NCBI GenBank assembly: GCA_964342815.1 | Contig: CAYFHS010000007.1 | Span: 80,754 to 144,753 of the forward strand | From: an uncultured archaeon | GTDB taxonomy: Archaea > Thermoplasmatota > Penumbrarchaeia > JASLWR01 | Direction of reading: 5' to 3' | DNA: 64,000 bases | In this document: one piece after another, positions 1 through 10,221 of the stretch | How the letters are laid out: each line of letters begins with the position of its first letter | Numbering within the stretch: the first letter of the stretch is position 1 | Notes under the pieces: model-generated | Database searches by the model: none | Seen by the model: the letters and a program-made list of their open reading frames with translations, nothing else | Told to the model about the DNA's origin: nothing | Program-made: the position numbers and the translations under genes

Positions 1-2093
1 TAAGCACCGAGATCGATGGGGCTGATATCCGAATCCTCCGAGCGTATCCGGACCCTGTCGGCCGGCAGCCCCAGAGCTTCCGCCGCTATCATGGGAAGTA
101 TAGTATCGGAACCCTGACCGATATCTGCGGCGCCAATGAAAAGAACTGCCTGGGTGCCGTCCTCGGAGATCTTGATAATGGCGTTTGCATGCGGAAAGAT
201 GGATTTCTTCTGGAAAGGCTCCCTTGGTTTTTGGGAATGCTGCTGCACCTGTCCTCGATATATTGCATAACCCGCCCCTGAAACAAAACCACCGCTGGAT
301 AATCCGATGCCATGGCCTGCTGGTAGTTTATCATATTTTTCCGAGAAACCCGATTCCGCCACCGCTTGGATTAGAGTGTCCTTGTATCGGCAGCTCTTGA
401 TGTCCAGGTCGTTGCATGTGTGATAATCCGCTTCCATTGAATTTATCCTTCGGACCTCCACCGGGTCCAGGGACAGCTCGTCACATATCATGTTCAACAG
501 GCACTCGAAGGCAAAGCGGGGCTGCGGCGAGCCGTGTCCGCGAAATGCACCGCAGGCCGGTTTGTTCGTCATGACCCTTCGGCCGGTATATTTGTAGTTT
601 GGAATCTTGTAGAGTGTGGGTATCATGCTCCCGGCATAGTAGACCGTCACGATCCCAAACGACGTATATGCACCCCCATCAAGAAAAATTGTACTTTCGA
701 AGGCAGTGATCTCCCCGTTTCGCTTGACGCCCATTTTCATTTTGATGTACTGTTTATGCCTGCCCCGGTGATGCAGGAACATCTCTTTTCTTGTATAGAC
801 CATCTTCACAGGGCAGCCGGTCTCTTTAGACAGCACACAGCTGATGAGGTCCAGAGGTGTTGTCTCGGCCTTTCCCCCAAAGCCCCCTCCCACAGCTGGC
901 CGTATAACCTTGATCTTCCCAAGCGGTATATCGAAAACGTTGGCCAGCATATAATGAACGTAGTGGGGCACCTGAGTTGCTGAATAGAGCACTAAAAGTC
1001 CGTCCTGCCAGTCGCTAATGGACGCATGCGGCTCAATGGGCGCCTGCTGGGTGAAGTTCCCCGTGAAACTTTCTTCCTTGATGTAGTCGGCTTCGGAAAA
1101 TCCCTGCTCAACATTCCCGAAATGGTGGTCCACTCTCGTGTTTATGTTGTTGGGATATCGCTCATGCAGCAGAGGGGCCCCGTTTTCCATGGCCTCGTAA
1201 ACGTCGAATACAGCTGGTAGTTCCTCGTAATCCACTTCAATGAGTTCAAGCGCCCTCTCGGCAGTCTCCTCGTCCACTGCTGCCACGGCGGCGACCTCAT
1301 CTCCAATGTATCGCACGATATCCTTTGCAAGCACATACTCGTCATATCGCGGAGGACTTACGCCGTACTGTCTGTCAGGAACGTCCATACCGGTGATCAC
1401 AGCCTTTACCCCTGGCAGTGCTTCGGCCTTTGAGGTGTCTATTCTCATTATCCGGCCGTGTGGGATGGGACTGTGAAGGATTTTTCCGTGTAACATTTTA
1501 GCTAATACGATATCACCTGTGTACTTCGCCCTGCCCGTAACTTTATCTCTTGCATCGTAACGTGGTAGACTCTTTCCCACTACCTTGTAATTGTCTAGGT
1601 CGTATTCTTTCGTCTCCGGTTCGTCCACATCTTCGTATTTCTTCCAGTTCTTAACCGCATCCAGTATTTTAACGTAACCGGTGCAGCGGCAGAGGTTGCC
1701 GCCAAGGGCTTCTTTGATTTTATCATCAGTAGGTTCGGTGTATTTATCTGTAAGGGCTTTAGCACTCATAACCATACCTGGAGTGCAGTATCCGCATTGT
1801 ATGGCGCCGCTGTGAACGAAAGATTTTTGCATGGGCGAGAGCTTCCCTTTCTCTTCAAGCCCTTCTATGGTGGTGATTCGTTTTCCTGCCATATTTGCGG
1901 CGAGCAGGAGACAGCTCGACAATTGCTCCCCGTCCACCAGCACTGTACAGGCACCGCATACCCCGAGCCCGCATCCCTTCTTGGTACCGGTCAGGTCAAG
2001 TTTGTCCCTGATAACGTCCAATAGAGTGGTGTTTGGTTTTACGGCGATTGTGCGCTCGTCCCCGTTCACGTTGAGGGTGATAAGCTCATACAA
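1..2093 (-). CDS. Xanthine dehydrogenase-family molybdenum hydroxylase: [2Fe-2S] small-subunit domain fused to the Mo-binding large subunit, 4-hydroxybenzoyl-CoA reductase alpha-like; 3' end runs off the window
   Basis: Not in the ORF track because it has no stop in the window. Hand translation from TTG at 2093 (SD GGAGAGGTGA, abutting the upstream stop) gives GTKKGCGLGVCGAC and QCGYC...GNLCRC [2Fe-2S] motifs, then GGGFGGK, GAFRGHGSPQP and GAADIGQGS Mo-subunit motifs. Frame spot-checked at four positions and found continuous. Confidence 0.85.
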   Translation of the reverse strand, partial: MYELITLNVNGDERTIAVKPNTTLLDVIRDKLDLTGTKKGCGLGVCGACTVLVDGEQLSSCLLLAANMAGKRITTIEGLEEKGKLSPMQKSFVHSGAIQCGYCTPGMVMSAKALTDKYTEPTDDKIKEALGGNLCRCTGYVKILDAVKNWKKYEDVDEPETKEYDLDNYKVVGKSLPRYDARDKVTGRAKYTGDIVLAKMLHGKILHSPIPHGRIMRIDTSKAEALPGVKAVITGMDVPDRQYGVSPPRYDEYVLAKDIVRYIGDEVAAVAAVDEETAERALELIEVDYEELPAVFDVYEAMENGAPLLHERYPNNINTRVDHHFGNVEQGFSEADYIKEESFTGNFTQQAPIEPHASISDWQDGLLVLYSATQVPHYVHYMLANVFDIPLGKIKVIRPAVGGGFGGKAETTPLDLISCVLSKETGCPVKMVYTRKEMFLHHRGRHKQYIKMKMGVKRNGEITAFESTIFLDGGAYTSFGIVTVYYAGSMIPTLYKIPNYKYTGRRVMTNKPACGAFRGHGSPQPRFAFECLLNMICDELSLDPVEVRRINSMEADYHTCNDLDIKSCRYKDTLIQAVAESGFSEKYDKLPAGHGIGLSSGGFVSGAGYAIYRGQVQQHSQKPREPFQKKSIFPHANAIIKISEDGTQAVLFIGAADIGQGSDTILPMIAAEALGLPADRVRIRSEDSDISPIDLGA

Positions 2094-2972
2094 TCAATCA
2101 CCTCTCCCGGCAGCCCGCTCGAAGGCTTCCTTAAGTGACTTTTCGGTGAGAACGCGGATCAATTTTTTTCGGTATTCTCTGGAACCGCGGATGTCCGATA
2201 TAGGTTTCGATTCGCCGCTGGCAGCCGCGGCCGCCTTGGAAAAGAGGTCCTCTGAAGCTACTTTGCCCGCCAGCATTTCGGACGCCCCCACAGCCACCAT
2301 TGGTACCGGTGCAACAGCTCCCAAAACAATTCTTCCCTCTTCGATAGCGTTTCCATTCAGGGTGAGGCTCGATGCAACTGAAGCAACGGCAAGGGCATTT
2401 GCTCCACGCAGCTTGAATTTTTTATAACTTATTCCGGTATTATTGCCGACTGATGGGATCATCACATGACTCAGGATTTCTCCTTCCGCGATGACCGTTT
2501 TCCTCGGGCCGTAAAATAGATTTTTGAGGGGGACATTCCGTTCACTATCCATACCGACGATGATGGCAGATGCTCCCGCGGCGATCAGAACGGGGGGAAT
2601 GTCGGCAGAGGGGACTGCGCTGGCGATATTTCCTCCAATGGTCCCCTGGTTCCTGATCTGCTTTGATGCCATTGAGGAGGCGGCTTCGGAAAGAGCCTTC
2701 ACCCACTGCCCGATAATTTCACTCTCAGCAACTTCATTTAACGATACGCGTGCACCTATCCGAACCCCGTCACCAGTTACCTCGATTCCTCTCAATCCCG
2801 CTATTTTTGCCAGTGAAACCAGATGAGATGTTTCTATATTGTGCTGCTTTAAGTCCACCAGCAGATCGGTCCCGCCGGCGATTATCCTTGCCAAGCCGCC
2901 GAATTCCAGAAGCAGGCGGCAGGCCTCCTTGATATTACCCGGCTCATGGATAATGAAATCGCGCATATTCAT
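2094..2972 (-). CDS. Mo-hydroxylase FAD-binding subunit (CoxM/CutM family)
   Basis: IAGGTDL, IRNQGTIGGNIASA and PISDIRGSREYR motifs; directly upstream of the Fe-S/Mo gene. Confidence 0.92.
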   Translation of the reverse strand: MNMRDFIIHEPGNIKEACRLLLEFGGLARIIAGGTDLLVDLKQHNIETSHLVSLAKIAGLRGIEVTGDGVRIGARVSLNEVAESEIIGQWVKALSEAASSMASKQIRNQGTIGGNIASAVPSADIPPVLIAAGASAIIVGMDSERNVPLKNLFYGPRKTVIAEGEILSHVMIPSVGNNTGISYKKFKLRGANALAVASVASSLTLNGNAIEEGRIVLGAVAPVPMVAVGASEMLAGKVASEDLFSKAAAAASGESKPISDIRGSREYRKKLIRVLTEKSLKEAFERAAGRGD

Positions 2973-3273
2973 ATGCTCAGCTCCTGTGAGATCAATCGGG
3001 GGATATGTATCAGCATAGATAAAACTTTTTTTTCAAACTATGATTTGCCACTCAGGAGAACTGGAAGGATTCATACAGTTTGGATATTCACATTAATCAT
3101 ACAATATGGGCCTACTGCTACTAGATGTAAGTCCGGATATGAAGATACAATTATCATCAGTAGGTTTCACCTCTTGGAACTATGGGTTGTTATTGTGTAT
3201 CACTCCTTATATACGATAAAATTCATATTCGTTATATGAGGGGGATTTACTGTCTAGGATATGGTGAATCCAA

Positions 3274-3669
3274 ATGAGTCAGACCGAGACAACAATCAAC
3301 GTCAGAGAAAATATCGAGATCAAGGAACTAGCAATGGCCCAGCTGCTAGCCGATGATTACTGTCTAAAGATCATAACGGGCACCGCAAAGAAAAGTATGA
3401 GCGTCAAGGATATGGCTTTCACTTATTTCATACCCTTCGCAACATGCTACAAGAAGGTGGCCCAACTGGAGGCGATAGGGCTTATAAAAGAAGATGGAAA
3501 GGTTCTCAAGGGCAGCGGGAAGAAACATTCCGTTTACCGTTCAGCTCTTAAGAATCTCGAAGTCAATTACACGGGTAATAAGATCGTATTGAAAGTTGAG
3601 CTGGAAGGCGCCGGGTCGAAAAATATATCGCTGGACCTGGTAGACGGGTCCCTGGTTACGACTAAATAA
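3274..3669 (+). CDS. Archaeal winged-helix (ArsR-like) transcriptional regulator
   Basis: LLADDYCLKII...SVKDMA...IPFATCYKKVAQLEAIGLI is an HTH pattern; divergent from the Mo-hydroxylase operon. Confidence 0.7.
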   Translation: MSQTETTINVRENIEIKELAMAQLLADDYCLKIITGTAKKSMSVKDMAFTYFIPFATCYKKVAQLEAIGLIKEDGKVLKGSGKKHSVYRSALKNLEVNYTGNKIVLKVELEGAGSKNISLDLVDGSLVTTK

Positions 3670-3747
3670 AAATATCCCGGGGAAGTTCCAACGAGTCCCA
3701 TTATACTCCGGTTTCGCTTTAGACTATTCCAAATGAAATTGTTTTTT

Positions 3748-4695
3748 CTATCCCTGATGCTCAGCAAGCTCAGATCCCCTGATGAGAGAAACGATTGCTG
3801 AGTTGTAAGGAGCAGTTATCCCCTTGGCACTGCCGTATTCAACTATTTTTTCGTTTAAAAAACCGATCTCAGTGGGGCTTCCTCTTTCAAGGTCCACGTG
3901 CATGGATGTTTTATGATGCCCTGCTTTGTCAAGATAACCCATGCACATTTCGAGAAAATCTTTATCGTATTCGATACCGTTGGCCCCGGCCACCTCGATT
4001 CCTTCCTGCAGTATCGCTTGAGCAAGTGACCTCGTTTCTTGGAGTTCCATCATCTGTTTCATTGTTCTTCTGGTTAGAGCGCAGACCGGGCTCAAAGCCG
4101 CGTTCAATATCGTTTTTGTCCACTCGTGTTTCTTGATCTCTCTCGTAAAGACGGTCTCGAGACCCGCTTCAGTGATAATCCTTGCAATTTCCCTTGCATT
4201 TTCATCCGCAGCAGAGTCAATCGTTCCAATGTAGTTGGGTGAATTGAAAAAAGAGATTTTAACGATCCCATTACCTGCCAGGTTTCCAGCGTAGTTGACT
4301 ACAATACGTAATGTTTTTTCTTTTCCGAACACACCGGCAATGGCCTCTTCCGTGTCCAGACCGTTCTGGAGGCTTATTCCAAGAATTCCTGATGGCACGA
4401 CCTGTTTGATAAGAGGAAGTATTCTCCCCATGATTGAAGCTTTTACTGAAATAAATACACCATGGAGTTCCCGCCCGGCCAGTTCATCGATTCCATTAAG
4501 GAGATTTTCTTTCGGGAAAGGGACCGTCATCTCCGCAACTCCGGTGATCCTGAGACCATTTCTAGCAATCTCGTCAAGGTGATCCTTCAAGATATCCACC
4601 AGCACAATGCTGTGTCCGGCATTTGCCAGATGGGCGCCCATGATACCACCAATTGGGCCTGCGCCGATTATGGCAAATTTCATCTTCTTATCCAT
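3748..4695 (-). CDS. panE: Ketopantoate reductase family NAD(P)-dependent 2-oxoacid reductase
   Basis: IIGAGPIGG Rossmann motif, LQNGL, WTKTILNA, TSMHVDLERGSPTEIGFLN. Start placed at ATG 4695 behind SD AAGGAGG. Confidence 0.85.
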   Translation of the reverse strand: MDKKMKFAIIGAGPIGGIMGAHLANAGHSIVLVDILKDHLDEIARNGLRITGVAEMTVPFPKENLLNGIDELAGRELHGVFISVKASIMGRILPLIKQVVPSGILGISLQNGLDTEEAIAGVFGKEKTLRIVVNYAGNLAGNGIVKISFFNSPNYIGTIDSAADENAREIARIITEAGLETVFTREIKKHEWTKTILNAALSPVCALTRRTMKQMMELQETRSLAQAILQEGIEVAGANGIEYDKDFLEMCMGYLDKAGHHKTSMHVDLERGSPTEIGFLNEKIVEYGSAKGITAPYNSAIVSLIRGSELAEHQG

Positions 4696-4727
4696 GAATG
4701 CTGCCTCCTTTACAATAAATATTATTT

Positions 4728-6269
4728 TCAACAGAATTTTTCTCTGAGCTTTCGATGCAGTTTCTTTCCAGTCCCCGTCCTTGGCATCTCATCGGGATTA
4801 ATAAAATATATTGATTTGGGTTTTTTGTATCCTGCCATCCTGCCTTTACAGTGATTCTTGAGTTCCGCCTCTGTGACGGTGATGCCTTCCTTTGGGATAA
4901 CCACGGCTACCACCTGCTCACCCCATTTTGGATCCGGAATTCCTATGATAGCTGAGTCATAGACTGCTGGGTGGGTACATATTATATTCTCGACCTCCGT
5001 GGGATAAACGTGTTCCCCTCCGGTGATTATCATATTGTCTTTTCGGTCAACGATGTAGTAGTAACCGTCCTCGTCCCTTCTTGCAAGATCCCTTGCGGTA
5101 AAGAATTTTCCCGCAAAAGAGGCCGCCGTTTTCTCGGGTAGCTTCCAGTATTTATCGAATAGCATGGGCCCGTAGGAGTATAGCTCACCCACCTCGCCCG
5201 TTGGGACCGGTTTCCCGTCCTCATCCAGTAATTTCAGGATGGCCGTGGCTGAGGATTCTCTACCGATGGAACCCGTCTTGGTATACTGTTCCTCGGGAAA
5301 CAGCGTCGTAACGATACCAGCCTCGGTGGAACCGTAACCCTCATACAATTCCACTCCTCTGAAGAAATTCATGATCTCCCTTTTCATTTCAGGCGATACC
5401 GGTGCCGAAGAGCACAACAGCTTTTTAATGCTGGATACGTCAAATCCTTTAGCTTTTTCCGTTGGTGCATTGAGAATAATATTGTAGTGGGTGGGTATGA
5501 GCGAGATGAAATTTATCTTTTCACGTTCGATGATCTCAAGTATCTCGAGTGGCCTGAACGATCTAGCGGTGTGTATGTAAAAGGAGCCTCCCATGTAAGT
5601 AAAATTGAAAGTGAAGAAAGTGGAATTAACATGGCAAAGGGGCATTATATTCAGACATATGTCGCCATGGCTGAAACCGAAATCGATGGCATTTATTAGG
5701 TAAAAAGCGATGTATGATTCATGGGATCGAACTACACCTTTTGGAATTCCTGTGGTCCCGGAGGTGTAAAGCATTATCCAGGTGTCCTCCGGGGAAACAT
5801 CGACCATCGGCAGGTCTGGTGACCCTGACCCCAAAAACTCATCATAATCCTTCCATCCTTCCGCTGATTTACCGATTATGATCTTATTTTCTTCAGGCAT
5901 GGAAAGTTCAGGAAGATTTGGTATAAATTCACTGTGCGAAAAAAGCGCTTTTGCCTCCGAATTCTCGAGAATGTACCCGATCTCGTTTCTGATCAGACGA
6001 AACATGATGGGCACTACTACTATCCCGTTACGGCAGGCAGCGAAGTACAGCTCGCAAATTTCTATGCTGTTCTCCAGTAGCAGGGCTACTTTATCGCCCT
6101 TCTTCAAACCCAGCCCAAGCATGGCGTTGGCCAGCTTGTTTATCCGAATGTCCACCTCGGGATATGTATATGACCGGTTAATATCCATCATGCAAACGGT
6201 ATTGGGATATTTCTCCGCATTTACCGCGATCATCTCGCCCAGGTTCAGCCAATTCCCCGCCATGTTCAA
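4728..6269 (-). CDS. AMP-forming acyl-CoA synthetase (ANL superfamily)
   Basis: YTSGTTGIPKG, YGSTEAG, RKDNMIITGGEHVYPTEVE and MPRTGTGK motifs. Confidence 0.92.
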   Translation of the reverse strand: MNMAGNWLNLGEMIAVNAEKYPNTVCMMDINRSYTYPEVDIRINKLANAMLGLGLKKGDKVALLLENSIEICELYFAACRNGIVVVPIMFRLIRNEIGYILENSEAKALFSHSEFIPNLPELSMPEENKIIIGKSAEGWKDYDEFLGSGSPDLPMVDVSPEDTWIMLYTSGTTGIPKGVVRSHESYIAFYLINAIDFGFSHGDICLNIMPLCHVNSTFFTFNFTYMGGSFYIHTARSFRPLEILEIIEREKINFISLIPTHYNIILNAPTEKAKGFDVSSIKKLLCSSAPVSPEMKREIMNFFRGVELYEGYGSTEAGIVTTLFPEEQYTKTGSIGRESSATAILKLLDEDGKPVPTGEVGELYSYGPMLFDKYWKLPEKTAASFAGKFFTARDLARRDEDGYYYIVDRKDNMIITGGEHVYPTEVENIICTHPAVYDSAIIGIPDPKWGEQVVAVVIPKEGITVTEAELKNHCKGRMAGYKKPKSIYFINPDEMPRTGTGKKLHRKLREKFC

Positions 6270-8350
6270 TCCCCTATTCTTATCCTTGCATCCACAACTA
6301 AAGGTCTCCTTCCCGCTTCAAAAGCGAATATGGGATTCAAGTCCATTTCCACTATCAATGGCAGTTCGGTGACCATCATGGATACACGCTGGATTATTTC
6401 GATCAATTTTTCGATATCGACACCCGCTTGCCCCCTGAAACCGGAAAGTAAGGGGTAAAGCTTCAGCGAGGCAAGCATTTCTGCAGCTTCGACCTTGCTA
6501 AGGGGAGCAATGCCGAAAGATGCATCCTTTAGAAGCTCCACCAATACTCCACCGGTCCCCGCCATAATAAGATGACCGAGTCTTTCTTCCCTTTTAGCCC
6601 CAACTATGACTTCCTTTCCCCCGGAGATAAATTTCTGAATGAAAAATTTGAAACTCAGCTTGGAAAATTTAGCGGTCATTTCAATAAGAGTTGCGCGTAA
6701 TGCATTCTCGTCTTCTATATTGACGGCAACACCCCCGACATCACTCTTGTGGACTATTTCTTCGGAATCTACCTTTACCACCACGGGGTACCCCACGGCT
6801 TCGGCCTCCTTAATCGCTTCATCAACATTTTCGGCTATACGCCATTGGGCAACTGAAATACCAAACGCTTCAAGCAATCCCATCACGTCGGACTGTGAGA
6901 GATATTTGTTTCTGTTCTTCGCGCGGATGATATCCTTGGCGTGGGCTCTGTTCACATCTTCGAATATATGAATCCCGCCCAGTTTTCTACCACGTATCTC
7001 ACCGTATCTGGTAAGGGCTACCAGAGCTCTTGCCGCCGTCTCCGGGAAGCTGTAGCATGGTACGTTTCCTTCCTTTAGTATTCTCAGCGTCTCAAGCCAC
7101 TGATGCTTGTCTGTCATTAGATTGCATACTATCGGTTTTTTCCCAACCAGATTCACCTCTGCTATCTCACGCGCTATACTTTCGTTGTCAACGAAAAACG
7201 GCGTTACGAAATTAATGTACAAGCTGTCAATGGTCTCCTCATCCATCAGCACATCCATGGCCGCCCTGAAATGCCCCGCATTTGCCGTGGCTAGAACGTC
7301 GATGGGATTGTTAATGGATGCCGCCGAGTACAATTTCTCACTTAGTACCGCTTCGGCCCTTTGTGAAAGTTGGGGTATTTTCAATCCCGCTTCCACCAGT
7401 TCGTCCGTGGCGATTATTGCAGGACCACCCGTATTCGTGATCATACCAACGGAATTACCCCGGGGAATAGGTTGAGTGGTGAAGGCCGCAGCCGCCTGGC
7501 ACAGTTCCTCCTCGTCCCTGAAAACAAGTATTCCTGTCTTTTTGAAGATCAGCTCGGTGGTGATCTCCATGCGAGCAAGACCCCCGGTATGTGACGATGC
7601 AGCCTTTGCCCCTTCCTCTGTTCGGCCCGCTTTCATACCCAGGACCGGTTTCTTGGCAGCTGCTTCTCTTGCCGCCTCCATAAACTTTCCGGGATCCGAA
7701 ATACCCTCTACATAGAGGACTATGACACGGGTTTCATCATCGTTCCCCCAGTACTGTAGAATCTCAGGAATGGAAATGTCGCAAGCGTTTCCGTTGGAAG
7801 CGTACATCCTTACTCCTACACCCAGCTCGGAGAAACGCTGGTTTATCACCTCGCCTACCCCCCCACTCTGGGCTACTATTGAGATACCCCCGACTTCGGG
7901 TTTTGTAAAAGTGAAATTGCAGTATGCTCTGACGAGAGGGTCTGTATTGATTATACCCTGGCAGTTGGGACCGAAAACCCGGATACTATGTTCTCTCGCC
8001 TTTTTAACCACAAGTTCTTCCAGTTCGGCGCCCTTTCCGCCTATCTCCTTGAATCCTGCCGTGTTGATGATAACCGTTTTCACGTTCTTCTTGCCGCAGT
8101 CGTCAATTGCAAAGGGTACGAACTTATTTGGTATCACTATATGCGCCAGATCGATCTCGCCGGCTACATCACAAATATTGCCGTAGGCTTTTATCCCCCT
8201 CACATGATCTGCCTTTGGATTAATAGGGTAGATCGACCCCTTGTAACCGAAATCCTGTAAATTTTTTATTATACGGTTGCCGATGGAAAGCTCTTTCGTG
8301 GAAGCGCCTATTATTGCCACCGATCTCGGTTTGAAAAGTGCGTCCAGCAT
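6266..8350 (-). CDS. ADP-forming acetate/acyl-CoA ligase, fused alpha-beta
   Basis: LFKPRSVAIIGAS, GPNCQG, QSGG, SHTG phospho-His motif, and C-terminal ATP-grasp (HKSDVGGV, EMDLNP). Confidence 0.92.
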   Translation of the reverse strand: MLDALFKPRSVAIIGASTKELSIGNRIIKNLQDFGYKGSIYPINPKADHVRGIKAYGNICDVAGEIDLAHIVIPNKFVPFAIDDCGKKNVKTVIINTAGFKEIGGKGAELEELVVKKAREHSIRVFGPNCQGIINTDPLVRAYCNFTFTKPEVGGISIVAQSGGVGEVINQRFSELGVGVRMYASNGNACDISIPEILQYWGNDDETRVIVLYVEGISDPGKFMEAAREAAAKKPVLGMKAGRTEEGAKAASSHTGGLARMEITTELIFKKTGILVFRDEEELCQAAAAFTTQPIPRGNSVGMITNTGGPAIIATDELVEAGLKIPQLSQRAEAVLSEKLYSAASINNPIDVLATANAGHFRAAMDVLMDEETIDSLYINFVTPFFVDNESIAREIAEVNLVGKKPIVCNLMTDKHQWLETLRILKEGNVPCYSFPETAARALVALTRYGEIRGRKLGGIHIFEDVNRAHAKDIIRAKNRNKYLSQSDVMGLLEAFGISVAQWRIAENVDEAIKEAEAVGYPVVVKVDSEEIVHKSDVGGVAVNIEDENALRATLIEMTAKFSKLSFKFFIQKFISGGKEVIVGAKREERLGHLIMAGTGGVLVELLKDASFGIAPLSKVEAAEMLASLKLYPLLSGFRGQAGVDIEKLIEIIQRVSMMVTELPLIVEMDLNPIFAFEAGRRPLVVDARIRIGD

Positions 8351-8351
8351 A

Positions 8352-9599
8352 TCATTTCTTCTCCTCTAGCTGTTCTATAAAGGCTTCGATATTGGTTTTT
8401 AGCTGCTCGTCGGATACGCATCTCATATCATTCAGGTCCCCGTTTATAACGAGTGATGGTATGCCGGTTTCCTCTTCGAGCCTCTGAGGCATGCCGTAGC
8501 GATTGTTCGAATTGTTCGGACAGGTCTTGGCATCGTGGTAAATTATACCATCGATCCTGAAAAAATCGAGCATCTTTTTTATGTAATCTTCTTTAGCAGC
8601 ATCCGAACGTACGATGAAAAGTTCCGTGTATGCTCTCGCCATGCTCTCGAATGGTTTCGAGGGATCGAAAGCGGTAAATATCCAGCTGTTGCAGTATGTG
8701 GATGCGACCACGCAGGCGTTATTTACTGAAAAAAGTTCTGAATTCGCCCTCAATCTTCCCCAGATGGGCATTCCTTCCCAGTAGAGCCGGAATCTCTCAC
8801 CCTCCACAGCCGCTTCATTATTCTCCAACCTTTCATTCAATTCTCTCAATAACAATTTGTAATAATCCACTGCCATCTGCGTTCCCCTGAGGACCACTGC
8901 AGGGCCCATATGGATGGTCCCGTCGAAAAAGGTCCAGGGTGCTGGGACCGCACTCGCGGTATCCAGAACATCTTTCCAGAGGTCCGAGCACTGGCGGGAA
9001 AGTGATAATACCCGTCTCAATTCCTCAATGTCGAAGCTGTTGCCCGAAATATCTTCAAGAGGTTCGATCATCGCTTTCATCTGACTTGCGATGGAATCAA
9101 TATGTGCCTTTGTTACATCAGTAACCCCTCTGTGGGTGCTGATACCCAGGAGGGGAACGTTGTATTCTCTAGAATACCAGGACAACCAGTCCTTAACGTC
9201 ACGACATTGGTTTGTGTTGTACGCCAGCACGTCGGGTTTGGGAACCGTTTCGATGCCCTTGTAGGCTCTGGCGAGAGGGGTAACACCCTTGACGTATGCT
9301 CCGACATCCGAGGTGAGATACGAACAGATTTCGGGAGAATAACCAAGGGCATTGGCATAGGGTATGAGATCCGCAGCCATGCGGGTTGCACCCAGCATCG
9401 CCCCGTGATTTTCTGGAAAATAGACAAGAAATCCTATGGCTCTCAGTAATTCTGCCGGACCCACGCTGGTACACCAAGCCACTTTCTGCCTATCGGTCTT
9501 CTGGGCTTCATCCAGCTCAAAGAAATACTCTGCCATGATACGGTTCATTTCCCTAGTAGCCACGATCCTTTTTCGAATTATTTTTTTGTCTTCTGCCAT
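8352..9599 (-). CDS. 2-hydroxyacyl-CoA dehydratase / benzoyl-CoA reductase subunit family (HgdA/FldB/BcrB-like)
   Basis: YFPENH, ICSYL, NTNQC and HDAKTCP (cluster Cys residues); C-terminal GIPSLVINGD...TNIEAFIE. Start placed at ATG 9599 (ORF track start is 9626). Confidence 0.85.
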   Translation of the reverse strand: MAEDKKIIRKRIVATREMNRIMAEYFFELDEAQKTDRQKVAWCTSVGPAELLRAIGFLVYFPENHGAMLGATRMAADLIPYANALGYSPEICSYLTSDVGAYVKGVTPLARAYKGIETVPKPDVLAYNTNQCRDVKDWLSWYSREYNVPLLGISTHRGVTDVTKAHIDSIASQMKAMIEPLEDISGNSFDIEELRRVLSLSRQCSDLWKDVLDTASAVPAPWTFFDGTIHMGPAVVLRGTQMAVDYYKLLLRELNERLENNEAAVEGERFRLYWEGMPIWGRLRANSELFSVNNACVVASTYCNSWIFTAFDPSKPFESMARAYTELFIVRSDAAKEDYIKKMLDFFRIDGIIYHDAKTCPNNSNNRYGMPQRLEEETGIPSLVINGDLNDMRCVSDEQLKTNIEAFIEQLEEKK

Positions 9600-9874
9600 A
9601 TGATCCCTCTTTTGCAGATCGATCAATTATCCACGGTCGTGATAAATTTCTTTATGTAGACAACCCCAAATTAAGGTAGACATTATTAATCTTTTTGTCA
9701 TATATTGTCAATGGTGTGAACAGCGATAAAATGGGTCGTGAATAGGTAAATTCACCTCACCCTCGGCCAAGCAACTTATTGGACGTTACGGGAATGCTGC
9801 CGTAGGAGATATTCTCAGTATCGTAAACCTTAGAGTTTCCTGCGGGTGTTGAAATTCGCAGCTTGACAATCCTC

Positions 9875-10107
9875 GACAAATCAAAGATTTGCCTGGCATG
9901 ACAGGTCTCGATGAATCAGAGATACTTGATGAATCAGAGATTCATCTGTACCCTCGGGAGGTATCCCTACGGGTTCATCTGACTTGCCAAGTAGCGATGC
10001 ATCCGAGGATGCATCTAATTTGCCAGGTGGTAACCTGTCAAACCGTAACTTGACAAGCTGTTACCTGCCATAGTTCGCAGAATCACAGTCCGAAGGACCG
10101 ATTCTGC
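9875..10107. repeat. Cluster of at least six adjacent hairpins, REP/MITE-like or structured RNA
   Basis: CAAATC-aaa-GATTTG (9877-9891), CCTG..CAGG, GATGAATC-aga-GATTCATC (9928-9946), GATGCATCC-ga-GGATGCATC (9996-10015), nested GGTAAC/TGTCAA..TTGACA/GTTACC (10029-10065), GCAGAATC..GTCCgaaGGAC..GATTCTGC (10077-10107). Confidence 0.6.
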
Positions 10108-10221
10108 TGAATCTTGTAAGAGGCAAACACGAAGTCTTGGAAAGTCACACTAACAATGAAATATGTGTAATATTATTAACGTGGATAACCATTTCTACTT
10201 TAAAATTCAATGTAGTTCCGG

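Noticed and set aside
1-2093. Apparent gene-free or pseudogene region in the ORF track
   Set aside because: A continuous minus-strand frame runs off the window edge; the listed plus-strand ORFs are shadows.
10028-10066. GGTAAC...GTTACC as an attC site
   Set aside because: Only about 38 bp, far shorter than attC sites, with no cassette context.
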